In this document: positions 1 to 13,378 of the stretch, in pieces
Position numbering within the stretch: position 1 is the first letter of the stretch
How the letters are laid out: every line of letters starts with the position of its first letter
DNA from: Felis catus
Taxonomy: Eukaryota
NCBI RefSeq assembly: GCF_018350175.1
Contig: NC_058368.1
Span: forward strand, 192,264,001-192,328,000
Direction of reading: 5' to 3'
Length of the DNA: 64,000 nt
Notes under the pieces: generated by a model
What the model was told of the DNA's origin: nothing
The model's input: only the letters and a program-made list of their open reading frames with translations
The model's database searches: none
Program-made: the position numbers and the translations under genes

Positions 1-685
1 CAGAGCGAAGAAGGCAGGGACTTAGACAAAATGCCAAGACAGAGGAATTTATCCCAAATGAAACAAGGCCGCAGCCAGAGATCTAAATGAAACAGATATA
101 ACATGCCTGATGGAGAATTTAAAGCAACAATCATAAGAAAATTCACTGGGTTTCAGAAAAGAATAGAAAACATCAGTGAGACCCTTACTACAGTGGTAAG
201 AGTTAAAAAAAAAAAAAAAAGAATCAGAGTTGAAGAATCAATAAACAAGACTAGAAACATGCTTGAAGCAATGAAGAGAGACTGGAAGAAGCAGAGGAAC
301 GAATTAATGACCTAGAAGACAAAATAATGGAAAATAATGAAGCTGACCTAGAACACAAAATAATGGAAAATAATGAAGCTGAATGAAACACGAGAACAGA
401 CTTATGGAACTCAGTGACTCCATCAAACATAATAACATTCATATTATAGGAGTCTGACAAGAAGAGAGAGAAAAGGGGAGAAAAATTATTTCAAGACACA
501 ATAGTGGAAAATTTCCCTAATCTGGAAGGAGACAAACATCCAGATCCAGAAGGCACAGAGAATTCCCATCAAAATCAACAAAAGCAAGCCAACATCAAGA
601 TACAATATAATTAAACCTGCAAAATATAGTGATAAAGAAAAGCATCTTAAAAGCAACAAGACAAAAGAAGTCCTTAATTTACAAG
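1..685 (+). mobile_element. L1 ORF1 fragment (degenerate)
   Basis: ORF1-like peptides (MPDGEFKATII..., ENFPNL..., IQIQKAQR) with stops and frameshifts. Confidence 0.85.
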
Positions 686-921
686 AGAAATGCAAACTGG
701 TACAGCCACTCTGGAAAACAGTATGAAGGTTCCTCAAAAAATTAAAAAGAGAGAGAGTTATGAGCCAGAAATTGTACTACTAAGTATACATCCAAAGGAT
801 ACAAAAATGCTGATTCGAAGGAACACATGCACCCCAGTGTTTATAGCAGTGCTATCAACAATAGCCAAATTATGGAAACAGCCCAAATGTCCATCAACTG
901 ATGAATGGACAAAGAAGATGT

Positions 922-962
<41 letters not shown>

Positions 963-1388
963 AGACACGTGCACGTGTGTGCGCACAATGGAATACTATT
1001 CAGCAGTCAAAAAGAATGAAGTCTTGCCATTTACAACAATGTGGATAGAGCAAGAGTGTATTATGCTAGGTGAAATAAGTCAGGCAGAAAAGACAAATAC
1101 CATATGATTTCATTCATGTGGAGTTTAAGAAACACAACAGATGAACAATGGGAAGGGAAGGAAAAATAAGATAAAATCAGAGGAGGCAAACCATAAGAGA
1201 CTCTTAAATACAGAGAAGAAACTAGGGGTTGCTAGAGGGGAGGTAGGGTGGTAGATGGGCTAAATGGGTGATGGGCATTAAGGAAGGTACTTGCTGGGAT
1301 GAGCACTGGGTGTTATATGTAAGTGATGAATCAATCACTGGGTTCTATTCCTGAAACCAATACTACACTGTATGTTAACTAACATGAA

Positions 1389-1418
<30 letters not shown>
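686..1418 (+). mobile_element. 5'-truncated carnivore L1 3' end (ORF2 C-terminus, 3'UTR, poly-A)
   Basis: CTPVFIAVLSTIAKLWKQPKCPSTDEW and MEYYSAVKKNE motifs; poly-A at 1391-1418. Confidence 0.9.
922..960. repeat. (TG)n microsatellite
   Basis: Seen directly. Confidence 0.95.
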
Positions 1419-1421
<3 letters not shown>

Positions 1422-1489
1422 CTTTCTCCCTCTGCCCCCTCCCCCACTTGTGTGTGTGCTCTCTCTAAAAAATATAAACAAATAAATAT

Positions 1490-1931
1490 GGGGCACCTGG
1501 GTGGCTCATTCAGTTAAGCATCCAACTTTGGCTCAGGTCATGATCCTATGGTTCGTGGGAGCAGCAGCCCAGAGCCTGCTTCGGATTCTATGTATCCCTC
1601 TCTCTGCCCCTCCCATGCCCACGCTCTTTCTCTCTCTCAAAAATAAACCCTAAAAAAATTTTATAAAAAAACATAAATAAATAAACAAGGAATTCCCATC
1701 CTTGTTTTTTGTTTTTTTTTTTTTTTTTGGGTAGAGAGGAGGTTTTGTTTTTGAAGGAGAGAGAGAGCGTTAGCATGAGCAGGAGAGAGGGGCAGAGCAA
1801 TAAAAAATCTTAAGCAGGCTCCACACTCAGCACAGAGCCTGATGCAGGGCTCAATCCCAGGACCCTGGGATCATGATCTGAGCCAAAAGCAAGAGTCAGA
1901 CACCCAACCAACTGAGCCACCCAGGCACCCC
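1490..1931. mobile_element. Two carnivore SINEs, tail-to-tail (+ ~1490-1685; - ~1700-1931)
   Basis: ggggcacctgggtggctca head, CT-rich body, A-tail. Confidence 0.85.
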
Positions 1932-2061
1932 TGTCCTTAACTTGTTTAATAGAAAACCCCAAGAAACAAAAACCAAAAATACAATCTTGTATGTATGCTG
2001 CCTATAGGAGATTCATTTTAGACCTAAAGACACCTGCAGATTGAAAGTGAGGGGGTGGATA

Positions 2062-2300
2062 GGGAGCCAGGGTGGCTCAGTCGTTTAAGTGTCTGACTTT
2101 GGCTCAGGTCATGATCTCACAGTTCATGGTTTCGAGCCCTGCATCAGGCTGCGTGCTGACAGCTCAGAGCCTGGAGCCTGCTTCAGATTCTGTGTTTCCC
2201 TCTCTCTCTGCCTCTCCCTGTCTCGCACTCTGGCTCGCTCTCTCTCTCTCGCTCTCTCTCTCAAAAATAGACATTTAAAAAAAATTAAAAAATAAAAAAG
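2062..2300 (+). mobile_element. Carnivore SINE with TSD gaaagtgagggg(g)tgga
   Basis: SINEC head, body and tail; flanking direct repeat. Confidence 0.9.
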
Positions 2301-2536
2301 AAAGTGAGGGGGTGGAGAAACATTCATCACACAAATGGATGCCAAAAGAAAGGTGGGTACCATACTTATGTTGGACAAACTAGCCTTTAAAACAAAGATT
2401 GTAAAAAGAGACAAAGAAGGGCATTATAAAATCATAAAGGGGATAATCCAACAAGAAGATATAACAATTGTAAATATTTATGCACCCAACATGCAAGCAC
2501 CCAAATATATAACAACAATTAACAACAAACATAAAA

Positions 2537-3000
2537 GGGCGTGCCTGGGTGGTTCAGTCAGTTAAGCATCTGACTCTTGATTTCAGCTCAGGTCATGATC
2601 TTGCAGTTCACGAGATTGAGCCCCACATCGGGCTCTGTGCTGACAGCACAGAGTCAGCTTGGGGATTCTCCCTCTCCCTCTCCCTCTCCCTCTGCCCTCT
2701 CCTGCTTGTGCGTTCTTCCTCTCTCTCTGTCAAAATAAATAAATAGGAAAAAAAAACATAAAGGAACTAATTCATAATAACACAACAATACTACGGTCAT
2801 GGGGTTCCTGGGTGGCTCAGTTGGTTAAGCATCTGACTCTTGGTTTCAGCTCAGGTCATGATCTCATGGTCGTGGGATCAAGCCCTACATCAAGCTCCAA
2901 ACTGAGCAGGGAGCCTGCTTGGGATTCTCTCTCTCCCTTTCTCTCTGGCCCTCCCATATGTGTGCTAATAATAAATAAATTTTTAAAAAACATTTTTTAA
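2537..3000 (+). mobile_element. Two carnivore SINEs (~2537-2755, ~2801-3000) within L1 ORF2
   Basis: SINEC motifs. Confidence 0.85.
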
Positions 3001-4023
3001 AATATACTAGGGGACTTTAACACCTCAGACTTTAACATCTGTCAATGGACAGATCGTCTGAACAGAAAATCAACAAGGAAACAGTGGCTTTGAATGACAC
3101 ACTGGACCAGATGTACTTAACATATATTTAGGCCATTCCATTCTAAAACAGCAGAATACACATTATCTTCAAGTGTACATGGGACATTCTCCAAAACTGA
3201 TCACATATTAGGTCACAAAACAGACCTCAACAAAAACAAAAAGACTGAAATCATACCATGCCCCTTTTCTAAAGACCATAACACTATGAAACTAGAAGTC
3301 AAACCACAAGAAAAAAATCTTGAAGACCACAAATACATGAAGGATAAACAACATGTTGCTAAACAATGAATGGACCAACCAGGAAATCAAAGAAGAAATT
3401 AAAAAATACATGGAAACAAATGAAAATGAAAACACAACAGTCCAAAACCTTTGGGATGCAGCAAAAGCAGTCCTACAAGGGAAGTATATAGCAATACAGG
3501 TCTACCTCAAGAAGCAAAATAAAGCTCAAATAAACAACCTAATCTTATACCTAAAGGAGCTAGAAAGAAAACAAATGAAGCCTAAAGCCAGCAGATGGAA
3601 GGAAATAATAAAGATTAAAGCAGAAATAAATGATAAATGATACAGAAACTAAAAAAACAATAGAATAGATCAATGAAACCAGGAGCTGGTTCAAATACCA
3701 TTAGCCCATTTGTACATACTGATTCAGCTACATTCAGAACTGGAAAGGTCTTTAGAAATCATTAAGCAATTCCACCCAGTTTACAAATAAGAAAAATGGA
3801 ACCGGACAGGTTAAATGTTGTGCCCATCATCATGATAGAATCTGTCACAGAAAAGATTAGACTCGAAGTCTCCTGGGTCCCAGGCCAGTGCTCTTTCCAC
3901 CCAATTAATTATAAAATCATAAGCCTCAATTGCAGAAATGACCAAAAAAAAAAAAAAAAAAAAAAAGTCGTCTAAAAAAATCTATCAAGCCCCAAATCAT
4001 TAAAAGAAAGATTTATCACTTCA

Positions 4024-4250
4024 GGGGCACCTAGGTGACTCAGTCAGTTAAGCGTCTGACTTCAGCTCAGGTCATGATCTCACTATTTGTGGGTTGAGCC
4101 CTGCATCAGGCTCTGTGCTAACAGCTCAGAGCCTGAAGCCCACTTCAGATTCTGTGTCTCTGTCTCTCTCTGCCCCTCCCCTGCTCTCACTAGCTCGCTC
4201 TCTCTCTCAAAAATAAATATAAATGTTAAAAAAATTTTTTTAATAAATAA
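4024..4250 (+). mobile_element. Carnivore SINE with 22-bp TSD aaaagaaagatttatcacttca
   Basis: Direct repeat at 4002-4023 and 4249-4270. Confidence 0.92.
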
Positions 4251-4505
4251 AAGAAAGATTTATCACTTCATTGACAGTAAAAAAAATGAATAAATGGTAC
4301 AAATAAAAGCATTTCCAGGCAAAAACAAAAAACAAAAAACTTAGGGCATACAACATTCCTAAGGTATAAGGACATCAATAAAACTGAGGGCCCTGAATCT
4401 GTATTATATGAACGATGCATTTACACCAGAGAATTCAGGACTGAGGTTGAGCTTACTAATACCAGCAGACAGCTATGCATTCCCTCCCCACAAATCTTAG
4501 TTTAC

Positions 4506-4583
4506 CTCTTTAATTATCTGGGCCCCTTTTTTGTCACTGAATTCCAATTGAGCCAAAGCCTGGTCAATGGACATTCCTCGTAT
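4506..4583 (-). CDS. MRPL22: MRPL22 coding exon 5 (IRGMSIDQALAQLEFSDKKGAQIIKE); remaining exons outside window
   Basis: tag acceptor, gtaaac donor, 78 nt; IRGM..DQAL uL22 motif. Confidence 0.95.
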
Positions 4584-4844
4584 CTAGAATTAAAGGGTAA
4601 CAGGCAAGAGAAGATAAACAAATTTGTTTAAAAAGTCAATGTTCTCTTTTCAATGAAAAGTAAACCCTTTTATATAACACAAATAACTCTAACTAGTAGC
4701 TAACTAGTTATATGTCAATTATATCTCAGTAAAACTAGGGGGCATTTAAAAAAAATAAAAATAAAAACAGCTAACTAAATGCAGGCAAAGAAGAAAAGAT
4801 ATTTGAGAAGGGATGCCATCCTCTTTAAGTCAAAATCAAAGTTA

Positions 4845-5002
4845 GGGGCACCTGAATGGCTCAGTTGGTTGAGCATCTGGCTCTTGGTTTCAGCTCAGGT
4901 CATGATCTCATGGCTCCTGAGTTTGAGCCCCACATCAGGCTCTAGGCTGATAGTGCGGAGGCTGCTTGGAATTCTCTCTCCCTCTCTCTCTGCCCCTCCC
5001 CT

Positions 5003-5033
<31 letters not shown>

Positions 5034-5266
5034 GAAAATAAAATATTTTTTAAATTTTTTTTTAACATTTTTATTTATTTTTGAGAGATAGAGACAGAAC
5101 ACGAGTGGGGAAGGGGCAGAGAGAGAGGGAGACACAGAATCTGAAGCAGGCTCCAGGCTCTGAGCTGTCAGCACAGAGCCTGATGTGGGGCTCGAACCCA
5201 CAAGGCGTGAGATCATGACCTCATCCGAAGTTGGACGCTTAAATGACTGAGTCACCCAGGCACCCC
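4845..5266. mobile_element. Two carnivore SINEs, tail-to-tail (+ ~4845-5045; - ~5046-5266)
   Basis: SINEC motifs on both strands. Confidence 0.9.
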
Positions 5267-5816
5267 ATAAAAACTTTAAAAAAAAATTATTAAAAGAATC
5301 AAACTTAAACATTTTAACCATAAAACTTAGGTTATAAATGTTTCAGTAATATTAAGAGAGCAGATGTGAGAGAGAGATCACAGAGTGGCAAGGACCACAC
5401 TACGCATTAAAGGCATCTCCCTCTCCTACAGGATAAATATATTATATGTATATCTGGGGCTTTGCCTTCTTTTATACATAAATTTCATTCTCCAGAGAAA
5501 AATCTTAAACAGCAATAGTTTTGAAATAGGTTGAATCAACTTTTAAGATAAATAAGCTTGCCTCCTGCATCCTTTTAGGGTATAGCCAGATTCCTGATGC
5601 CTTTTTCTAAATATCTATGTATCCAACATGATTTAGTTTCTCAGAAGAAAGGTAAAAATTAAGCAAAATCACACATCTCTGGGCAATCATTTGTGGATTA
5701 CTTACGACTGTCTGAACATGTAATTATATTTCTCACTTTTTGGAGAAATCAGGACAAATTTTTTTCAATTCTTCAAATCCTGGTAGAAAATTTTTAGTTT
5801 CTTTATAGTCATTTTA

Positions 5817-5972
<156 letters not shown>

Positions 5973-6344
5973 TTATGCCTAATGAAAATACTGCCACAGG
6001 AAATAAAAACATTATTAAGAATTTGAAGATTATTTTTCCCTATACTAAAGTTATATTTTTCCAAATTATCACTATGTTAAAAGGATTATTAAGGCAGAAA
6101 TAGAACTACAACCTGGCTACTTTGTGCCATATTTGCAACATTTCTATCCAGAGAAATAGTAAAAGATTTCGTTTTGATGTAAGATAATAACTTTCAAAAT
6201 TTATTTTGAAAACACTTAGCTGGCTGGCTAAAAAGAACAAAAGAAAAGGTACAACAAGACTAAAGTTTCCTTTTTTCCTCAGTGAGGAGAATAATGGTGA
6301 AATGGACAAAAAAAACCTGTTTTCATAGGATATTCTTGTTATTT

Positions 6345-6560
6345 GGTAAGAGCACAGGATCTAGAATCAGACTACCTGGATTTGAATTCTACTTCTAGCA
6401 TCTACTAGCTATAGAATCCAAGCTATTTAATCTCTCTGTACCTCTAAGTTTCCTCTTTAAAATGAAGATCACAGCACCAACCCCATAAAAATATAGTAAG
6501 AATTAAATAAAATAATCTATGTAAAAGAAGCATTCTACAGTGCCTCAGCACATGGTCAGA
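6345..6560 (+). mobile_element. MIR
   Basis: ggtaagagcacagg..tagaatcagactacctggatttgaat...agtttcctct..aaaatgaagat. Confidence 0.7.
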
Positions 6561-7796
6561 TCTTTATTATCTTCTATTTATGGTGGTAGCTATATCCCAT
6601 TTAATTTTTTTACTCAATCATCCATTACACAATTTACAGTTCACAACGTACTTTCCAAGGCCATTATTTCATTTGCTCTCACTCTAATTTTATTTTTATA
6701 AAGTAAAAATCAGAACAATCAAGTGACTAATCCAAGACCACAAAGCTTGTGAGAGACAAAGCTGGAAGTCAAAGTGCCATCCAGGGAAAGTATATGAAAT
6801 GCCTAAATACAATGTCTAGCAGGTGTATCTTTAAAGTTCCCCTATGACTGTAAAACCTACATTCCTTCCACCATATTACACCATATTGTCCCTTTAAAAA
6901 AATTAGAAACCATTTGTCAAGGTAAACAATAACAAGGAAACCTCAGAACTTCCTAACATTCTGACTCCTGCTGGAAATTTTCAAATGCCTTAGAAACAGT
7001 TTTCTCAAGTGGCCATCTTTTAATATGGAGCAGATTTCACTTCAGTTGCAATAGAAGCTGACAGGCTGAAAACTGTAGCAATAGCCTAATTACGTTTTCA
7101 GCAATAAAGTGTCCTGGGGAGCACTGGAGGGGAAAGAAGAACTGTCATGACTGATAATATTCATCTGCAAAAATTAATACACTCAGTAAAATCTTTGATA
7201 TAGAAACCCTTCAATTCTTGGTTTCCCATGGTGGGCTATCTCCTAACCTGAATTGTATGTGATTGTCTTCCAATTTTGTAACAAAGATACTGTACTCCTG
7301 GAAGGGGCATGGGGGAAAAAAAGGAATGACGTATTTACAAGAGAAAAAAAAAAAAAGAAGAAGAAAGTTATTCAATCATGCTCTCTGAAAACTAAAAAGC
7401 TCAGCATTTACTTTAGGCAGATGCAATGTCTCAGTGCATTTTCTAAAGATAAACCAGACAAACCTATCATAGCAAATACATAAAGTGGCAAAGTTGAAAG
7501 TCACAAGATCAAGTTAGAGGTCATTATTAACCAACCTCTATAGTAAATTAGATAAAGTTAACTTAGGATATAATGTGCAAAAAAGTTACTGAAATGAGGT
7601 AAAAGTCTAAATTATGAAATGTCTACCTTGATAACTTTTAAAGAAGTTAACTTGTTTTAAAATGCACATAACTCAAATGATAAAAACGTAGCACCTAATA
7701 AAAGTCCAAACTAGAGCTTTATGGGATCCATATAATGACTTGTAAGTATGACTTATTCTCAGTATGTTAATTAATCCATAAATTTAAAATGTCTCC

Positions 7797-8035
7797 GGGG
7801 CGCCTGGGTGACTCAGTCGATTGAGTGTCCGACTTCAGCTCAGGTCACGATCTCACAGTTTGTGAGTTTGAGCCCCGCGTCGGGCTCTGTGCTGACAGCT
7901 CAGAGCCTGGAGCCTGCTTCGGATTCTGTGTCTCCCTCTCTCTCTGCCCCTCCCCCGCTCATGCTCTGTCTGTCTCTCTCTCTCTCTCAAAAATAAACAT
8001 TTAAAAAAATAATAAAATAAAAAATAAAAAAAAAT
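7797..8035 (+). mobile_element. Felid SINE with TSD aaaatgtctcc
   Basis: SINEC motifs and TSD. Confidence 0.9.
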
Positions 8036-8470
8036 GTCTCCTATGGAAATGGTTGTCGAAACAGTTTTGATACAGTCTCCCTGCATTTTTAACTTATTTA
8101 ACATAGTTTTCTTCAAAGGTATTGCAAAAGTAAACTCAAGACCAAATTAACAAGATATGACTATTATGAAGAAAGCCATTTAATTTCTCTCTGGCTCATT
8201 TTCTGTACCATGTGAAGCCATATGTTGGATAAAGTCTACACAGGAATCTCTATTATTTGGAAATTGGTGTTAGCTAAATTAGGAAAATAGCCTTAAAAAT
8301 AAGAGGAATGGCCTAAAAAAAAAGCTTAAATTGATGACATTCATTTTAACTTACTGCTATAGGATTTACTCACTATGGATCCACTATTATTTAACTGCAT
8401 ATTTCAACGCTGAAGATCAGAATGAGTTAAAATTGTAAATATTATCTGACCCCCTTTTAAACTAGGGATA

Positions 8471-8965
8471 GGGGGCGCCTGGGTGGCGCAGTGGGTTAAG
8501 CGTCCGACTTCAGCCAGGTCACGATCTCGCGGTCGGTGAGTTCGAGCCCCACGTCAGGCTCTGGGCTGATGGCTCGGAGCCTGGAGCCTGTTTCCGATTC
8601 TGTGTCTCCCTCTCTCTCTGCCCCTCCCCCGTTCATGCTCTGTCTCCCTCTGTCCCAAAAATAAATAAACGTTGAAAAAAAAAAAAAAACTATCAAAATT
8701 AAAAAAAAAAAAACCAAAAAAAATAAAAAAACATATTTATAATAGCTTATTTTAATTTTTTTTTTTTTATTTATTTTTGGGACAGAGAGAGAGACAGAGC
8801 ATGAACGGGGAAGGGGCAGAGAGAGAGGGAGACACAGAATCGGAAACAGGCTCCAGGCTCCGAGCCATCAGCCCAGAGCCTGACGCGGGGCTCGAACTCA
8901 CCGACCGCGAGATCGTGACCTGGCTGAAGTCGGACGCTTAACCCACTGCGCCACCCAGGCGCCCC
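8471..8965. mobile_element. Two young SINEC_Fc-type elements, tail-to-tail (+ ~8471-8700; - ~8755-8965)
   Basis: Near-consensus, CpG-rich felid SINE on each strand. Confidence 0.92.
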
Positions 8966-9592
8966 TAAAACTAATTTTTAAGATATTTGCAGTTAGCAGA
9001 TTGACAAGTAAAAGGTCACATGGCACAAAATCATAGAATTAAGAGCTATGTGGCTAGATGTGCAAATTATTCCATTATTAAGCTAGGTATTTAATGAAGG
9101 GCATCAATATTTCAGTCATAACAGGTATAAATGATGCACCAATGTCGATTTACCAAATACTATTTAAACTCAGAAAATCTTAAGGTATTTTCTAAGAGTC
9201 CTAGTTTGTTCCCAAAAGGATTACTCACTCAAAATCTGTGATCTCAACTGTTTACTACTTGAATTTTGCCACTTCGGATATATCCTGAAGTGCATTTGTT
9301 TTAGTATCCTAAAAGATTACTACTACAAAATACACAATTTTACTTTTAGATTTTGAACCTGACAAATGCTATGATTTCTTTCTCAATTAATATCTAAATT
9401 CAAAGAGCTCAAGAAGAAAGCTCATTAACAATAGGAAATTATTTATGATATTTGTACACATATGTAACTTTTTCTAAATTTTGGTTAATTATAAAATGGA
9501 ATCAATACTTAAGAGCATAGATTCTGTCACAAATCTAACTTTTAAGTTCTGATGCCAAGATAAAACATGAAAGATAGAAAGTTATTTGTTTA

Positions 9593-10450
9593 GAGGTGCC
9601 TGCGTGGCTCAGTTGGTTAAGCATCCAATTTTGGCTCAAGTCATGATCTCATAATTCATGGGTTCAAGCCCCTCATAGGGCTCACTGCTGTCAGCACAGA
9701 GCCGCTTCGGATCCTCTGTCCCCGTCTCTTTGCCCCCCCCCGCCTCTTACACATGCACTCTCTCTCTCAAAAAGAAACATTAAAAAAATTAAGGGTGCCT
9801 GGGTGGCTCAGTCGCTTATGCATCTGACTTAGGCTCAGGTCATAACCTCACGGTGAGTTCAAGCCCTGCATGGGGTTCTGTGCTGTCATGACAGCTCAGA
9901 GCCTGGAGCCTGCTTCAGATTCTGTGTTTCCCTCTCTCTCTGCCCTTCTCCCATTCGCACTCTGTCTCTCTGTCTCTCTCTCAAAATAAATAAACATTAA
10001 AAAATTTCTTTTAATTAAAAAAAAATTTTTTTTAAGTTATTTGTTTAAACTATTAGCATCTCTTTTTCCTATTTCCCAATGTGGGAGCTCTTTAAATTAA
10101 TAAATTAACTCCCCTAAATAAGAAAAAAAAAAGAAAGAAAACCTAATACTGTACTAATTCAGACCAATACTTAGCAACTAAATCCTAATGAAATGCATGC
10201 TGTCAAATTCATATAAAAATTAAGCAAATGAAGGGAGCCTGGGTGGCTCGGTCGGTGAAGCGTCCGACTTCAGCTCTGGTCATGATCTCTCAGCTTGTGG
10301 GTTTGAGCCTCGCATCGGGCTCGTGCTGACAGCTTAGAGCCTGGAGCCTGCTTCAGATTCTGTGTCCCAATATCTAGGCCCCTCCCCCACTCGTGCCCTC
10401 TCTCTCTCAAGAATAAATAAAACACTAAAAAAATAACATTTTTTTTTTAA
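9593..10450 (+). mobile_element. Three carnivore SINEs (~9593-9790, ~9792-10030, ~10232-10450)
   Basis: SINEC motifs; TSDs aagttatttgttta and ttaagcaaat. Confidence 0.88.
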
Positions 10451-11261
10451 GTTAAGCAAATAATATTACTTAGATGATACTGGGATCCAGTGGCCCTGAA
10501 TCCCAAAGGTCTTTAAAAGATGTTTGCTAAACTGAATGATATATAACTGACACTAACACTACTGATATTCTATTAATAGCGTTATTAATAATTAATTCTC
10601 TTTCTAAGCACTTACCACAGTTTATTTTCTTAAGGATTCAAATGTCCCACCTTGTTGATGTAATCATTAGCTGCTTAAACTTTTTAACAGATATAAATTC
10701 ACATTAAGCTGGAAATTAGTCTTATATCTCAGACTAGATAACTCACCAGCAGTTTGGAGAGGTTAAAAGAATTCTGAGCAGCTAAAGATAAAACTCAGTA
10801 TCTCTGAAAGGAATCCAGTGATTAAATTTAAACCTTAATTCAAAAGTTTGTGAATTACAAACACACAGAAAATCACAACTTAATGCGTCTATGTCCAAAT
10901 TTAAAACACTAGAAAACCATATATATATGATTTAAATATGGTCAATGGTTTAAGTCATCCTTTCCAACTCCTCATGCTCCATTACTAAGAATACATTAGC
11001 AAGCCTCCTAACAGTCAAAAATCTATCAGGATGCCTCAAGCTATTAGCTTAGTTTTAGAATTAAGGCCCCCATACAGAAGGTAAAGTCAAGGCAAACAAG
11101 TAAACAAAACAACCTTTTAACAATACCAAGAAGGTAAATCTAGAACATTTTCTGTATCAATCAAACGATCATGCAAATTGCCATATGCTTTTTCCCTTTC
11201 CTCACATGGAACAGTAACTCATTGCTAGCCACCTAAGAGTAAGAGCTCGTCATCAAAATTA

Positions 11262-11507
<246 letters not shown>

Positions 11508-11614
11508 TTAGTATCACAAGTGGAAACAGTCTAGATGTATTCATTAACAGAGAACAACTTTACATAAAATATCACAAAGAGTCAGTTTACTGAAAGCTAA
11601 AAGTAAACAGTTGT

Positions 11615-12096
11615 GTGGCACCTGTAACTTAGTCAGTTGAGCATCCGACTCTTGATTTCAGCTCAGGTTGTGTTCCCAGAGTCGTGGGATCAAACGCCAA
11701 GTCTGGCTCCACGCTGAGAGCCCTGTCCCTCTCCCCCCCTAAATTTAAAATTAAATTTTAGTTTCTCTGTCTTTAAAATTAAAAAAAAAAAAAGTAAAAA
11801 GTTAAAGATTAGCATAAGTCAAACAGTAAACAGATATTAACCCATGATCTCTTGCCCTGACTAGCCAAAAAATATTGACTCTCTAATATAAGCCAGTTCA
11901 GTTCTAAAACAGACTTAAAGAAGACACGGGGCACCTGGGTGGCACAGTTGGTTAAGCGCCTGACTTTGGCTCAGGTCATCATCTTGTGGTTCGTGAGTTC
12001 AAGCCCCACATCAGGCTCTCTGTGGTCAGCACATAGCCAGCTTCAGATCCTGTCTCCCTCTCTCTGCCCCTCTCACTTCATGCTCATTCATTCGCA

Positions 12097-12139
<43 letters not shown>

Positions 12140-12165
12140 AATAAATGAACGTTTAAAAACAAAAA
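11615..12165 (+). mobile_element. Two carnivore SINEs (~11615-11790, ~11928-12165)
   Basis: SINEC motifs. Confidence 0.82.
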
Positions 12166-12299
12166 AGAAGATACATTGGATCCCTGACTTGCTCTGTAGA
12201 ATTACTCAACTTTGCCGAGGAGGCAAGACAAACTGCATCATTTCGTAATCCCTAAGAACTTAATAAAGGTGGCATTATGTACCTCTTGATGAAAGAACA

Positions 12300-12830
12300 C
12301 ACTACCCACCACCCATGAAGTAATTTTTCTGCAAAAAACAAACCTGAATTAATTGGGCTTCTAGATTCAATACAGGAAATACAAAGAGAGGAAACATGTT
12401 AAACAATACATGGGATGTGCTCAGCAAAATCCAAGCTGTACAAACTACAAGACAGCCTATTTTCCTCAACAAATAAATTACAAGGGGAAAAAGAAAGAGC
12501 TGAAAAAAGGACCTACTAATTAAGAGACTTAAGAGCAATATCAATTAATTTCAATGTGTAGATTATGACAATTTTAAAAGTATAACAGTGATTTAACCAT
12601 TGGAAATCTGAATATTAACTGGATATTTGATGCTTTTTAGTGAGATATATAGTGAAATATTCATGGATTAAATAATATAGTGTCTGGGATTTGTCTCAAA
12701 ATATGATGGGAAAGAGTAGGGAACATAGTAGGGAACAAAACAAGATTGGCCATGAGTAACTTATTGAAGTTGGGTGATGAGTTTAAGAGGGTTCATCATA
12801 TTATCTATTTTTGTATCTCTGGGGATATCC
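12300..12830 (+). mobile_element. Old L1M(C)-type 3' fragment
   Basis: Resembles L1MC 3'UTR consensus by eye. Confidence 0.55.
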
Positions 12831-13149
12831 AAGTAACACACAAACTTGGTGTTTCCATGCTATGCAGAATACAGAGTCTAAAATCCCAGCAAGACACACA
12901 AGGCCTTTTATAATCTAACCCCAACCTTGCCATCTTGGCTCATTCACCTTTTGGCCTGGCCACACAGATGTTCATTGTTCCCTGAACAAACCACATACTT
13001 TCGTGTGTTTATGCTTTTGATCATATTGTTTTTTCCTCAATCATTATCTCCTGAATGAAATGTTTGTCCGGTTTTAAACTCCAGCTCAAATGTCACCTCA
13101 TTGCGAGCTATCACGTGATCCCTTCTCCCAACCATTCTCCCCACTGTCT

Positions 13150-13175
13150 TTTGTTTCTATTTATTTTTGAAAGAC

Positions 13176-13212
<37 letters not shown>

Positions 13213-13350
13213 GACAGAGAGAGGCTCCATGCTCTAAGCAGGCTCCATGCTGTCAGCACAGCACTCAACACGGGACTTGATCCCATGAACTGTGAGACCA
13301 TGACCTGAGCCAAAATCAAGAGTCATACACTTGGCCACCCAGGTGCCCCC
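13150..13350 (-). mobile_element. Carnivore SINE
   Basis: Antisense SINEC motifs. Confidence 0.85.
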
Positions 13351-13378
13351 TCCCCACTATGTTAGTACTCTGTTCTTG

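Larger units (their letters stand above)
1960..3692 (+). mobile_element. L1 ORF2 endonuclease region, interrupted by three SINEs
   Basis: RDKEGHY..IKG.IQQEDITIVNIYAPN and EIKEEIKKYMETNENENTT.QNLWDAAKAV motifs. Confidence 0.9.

Noticed and set aside
6960..7330. Repeat-free, complex sequence that might be a conserved enhancer or cryptic exon
   Set aside because: Cannot be supported without conservation or chromatin data.
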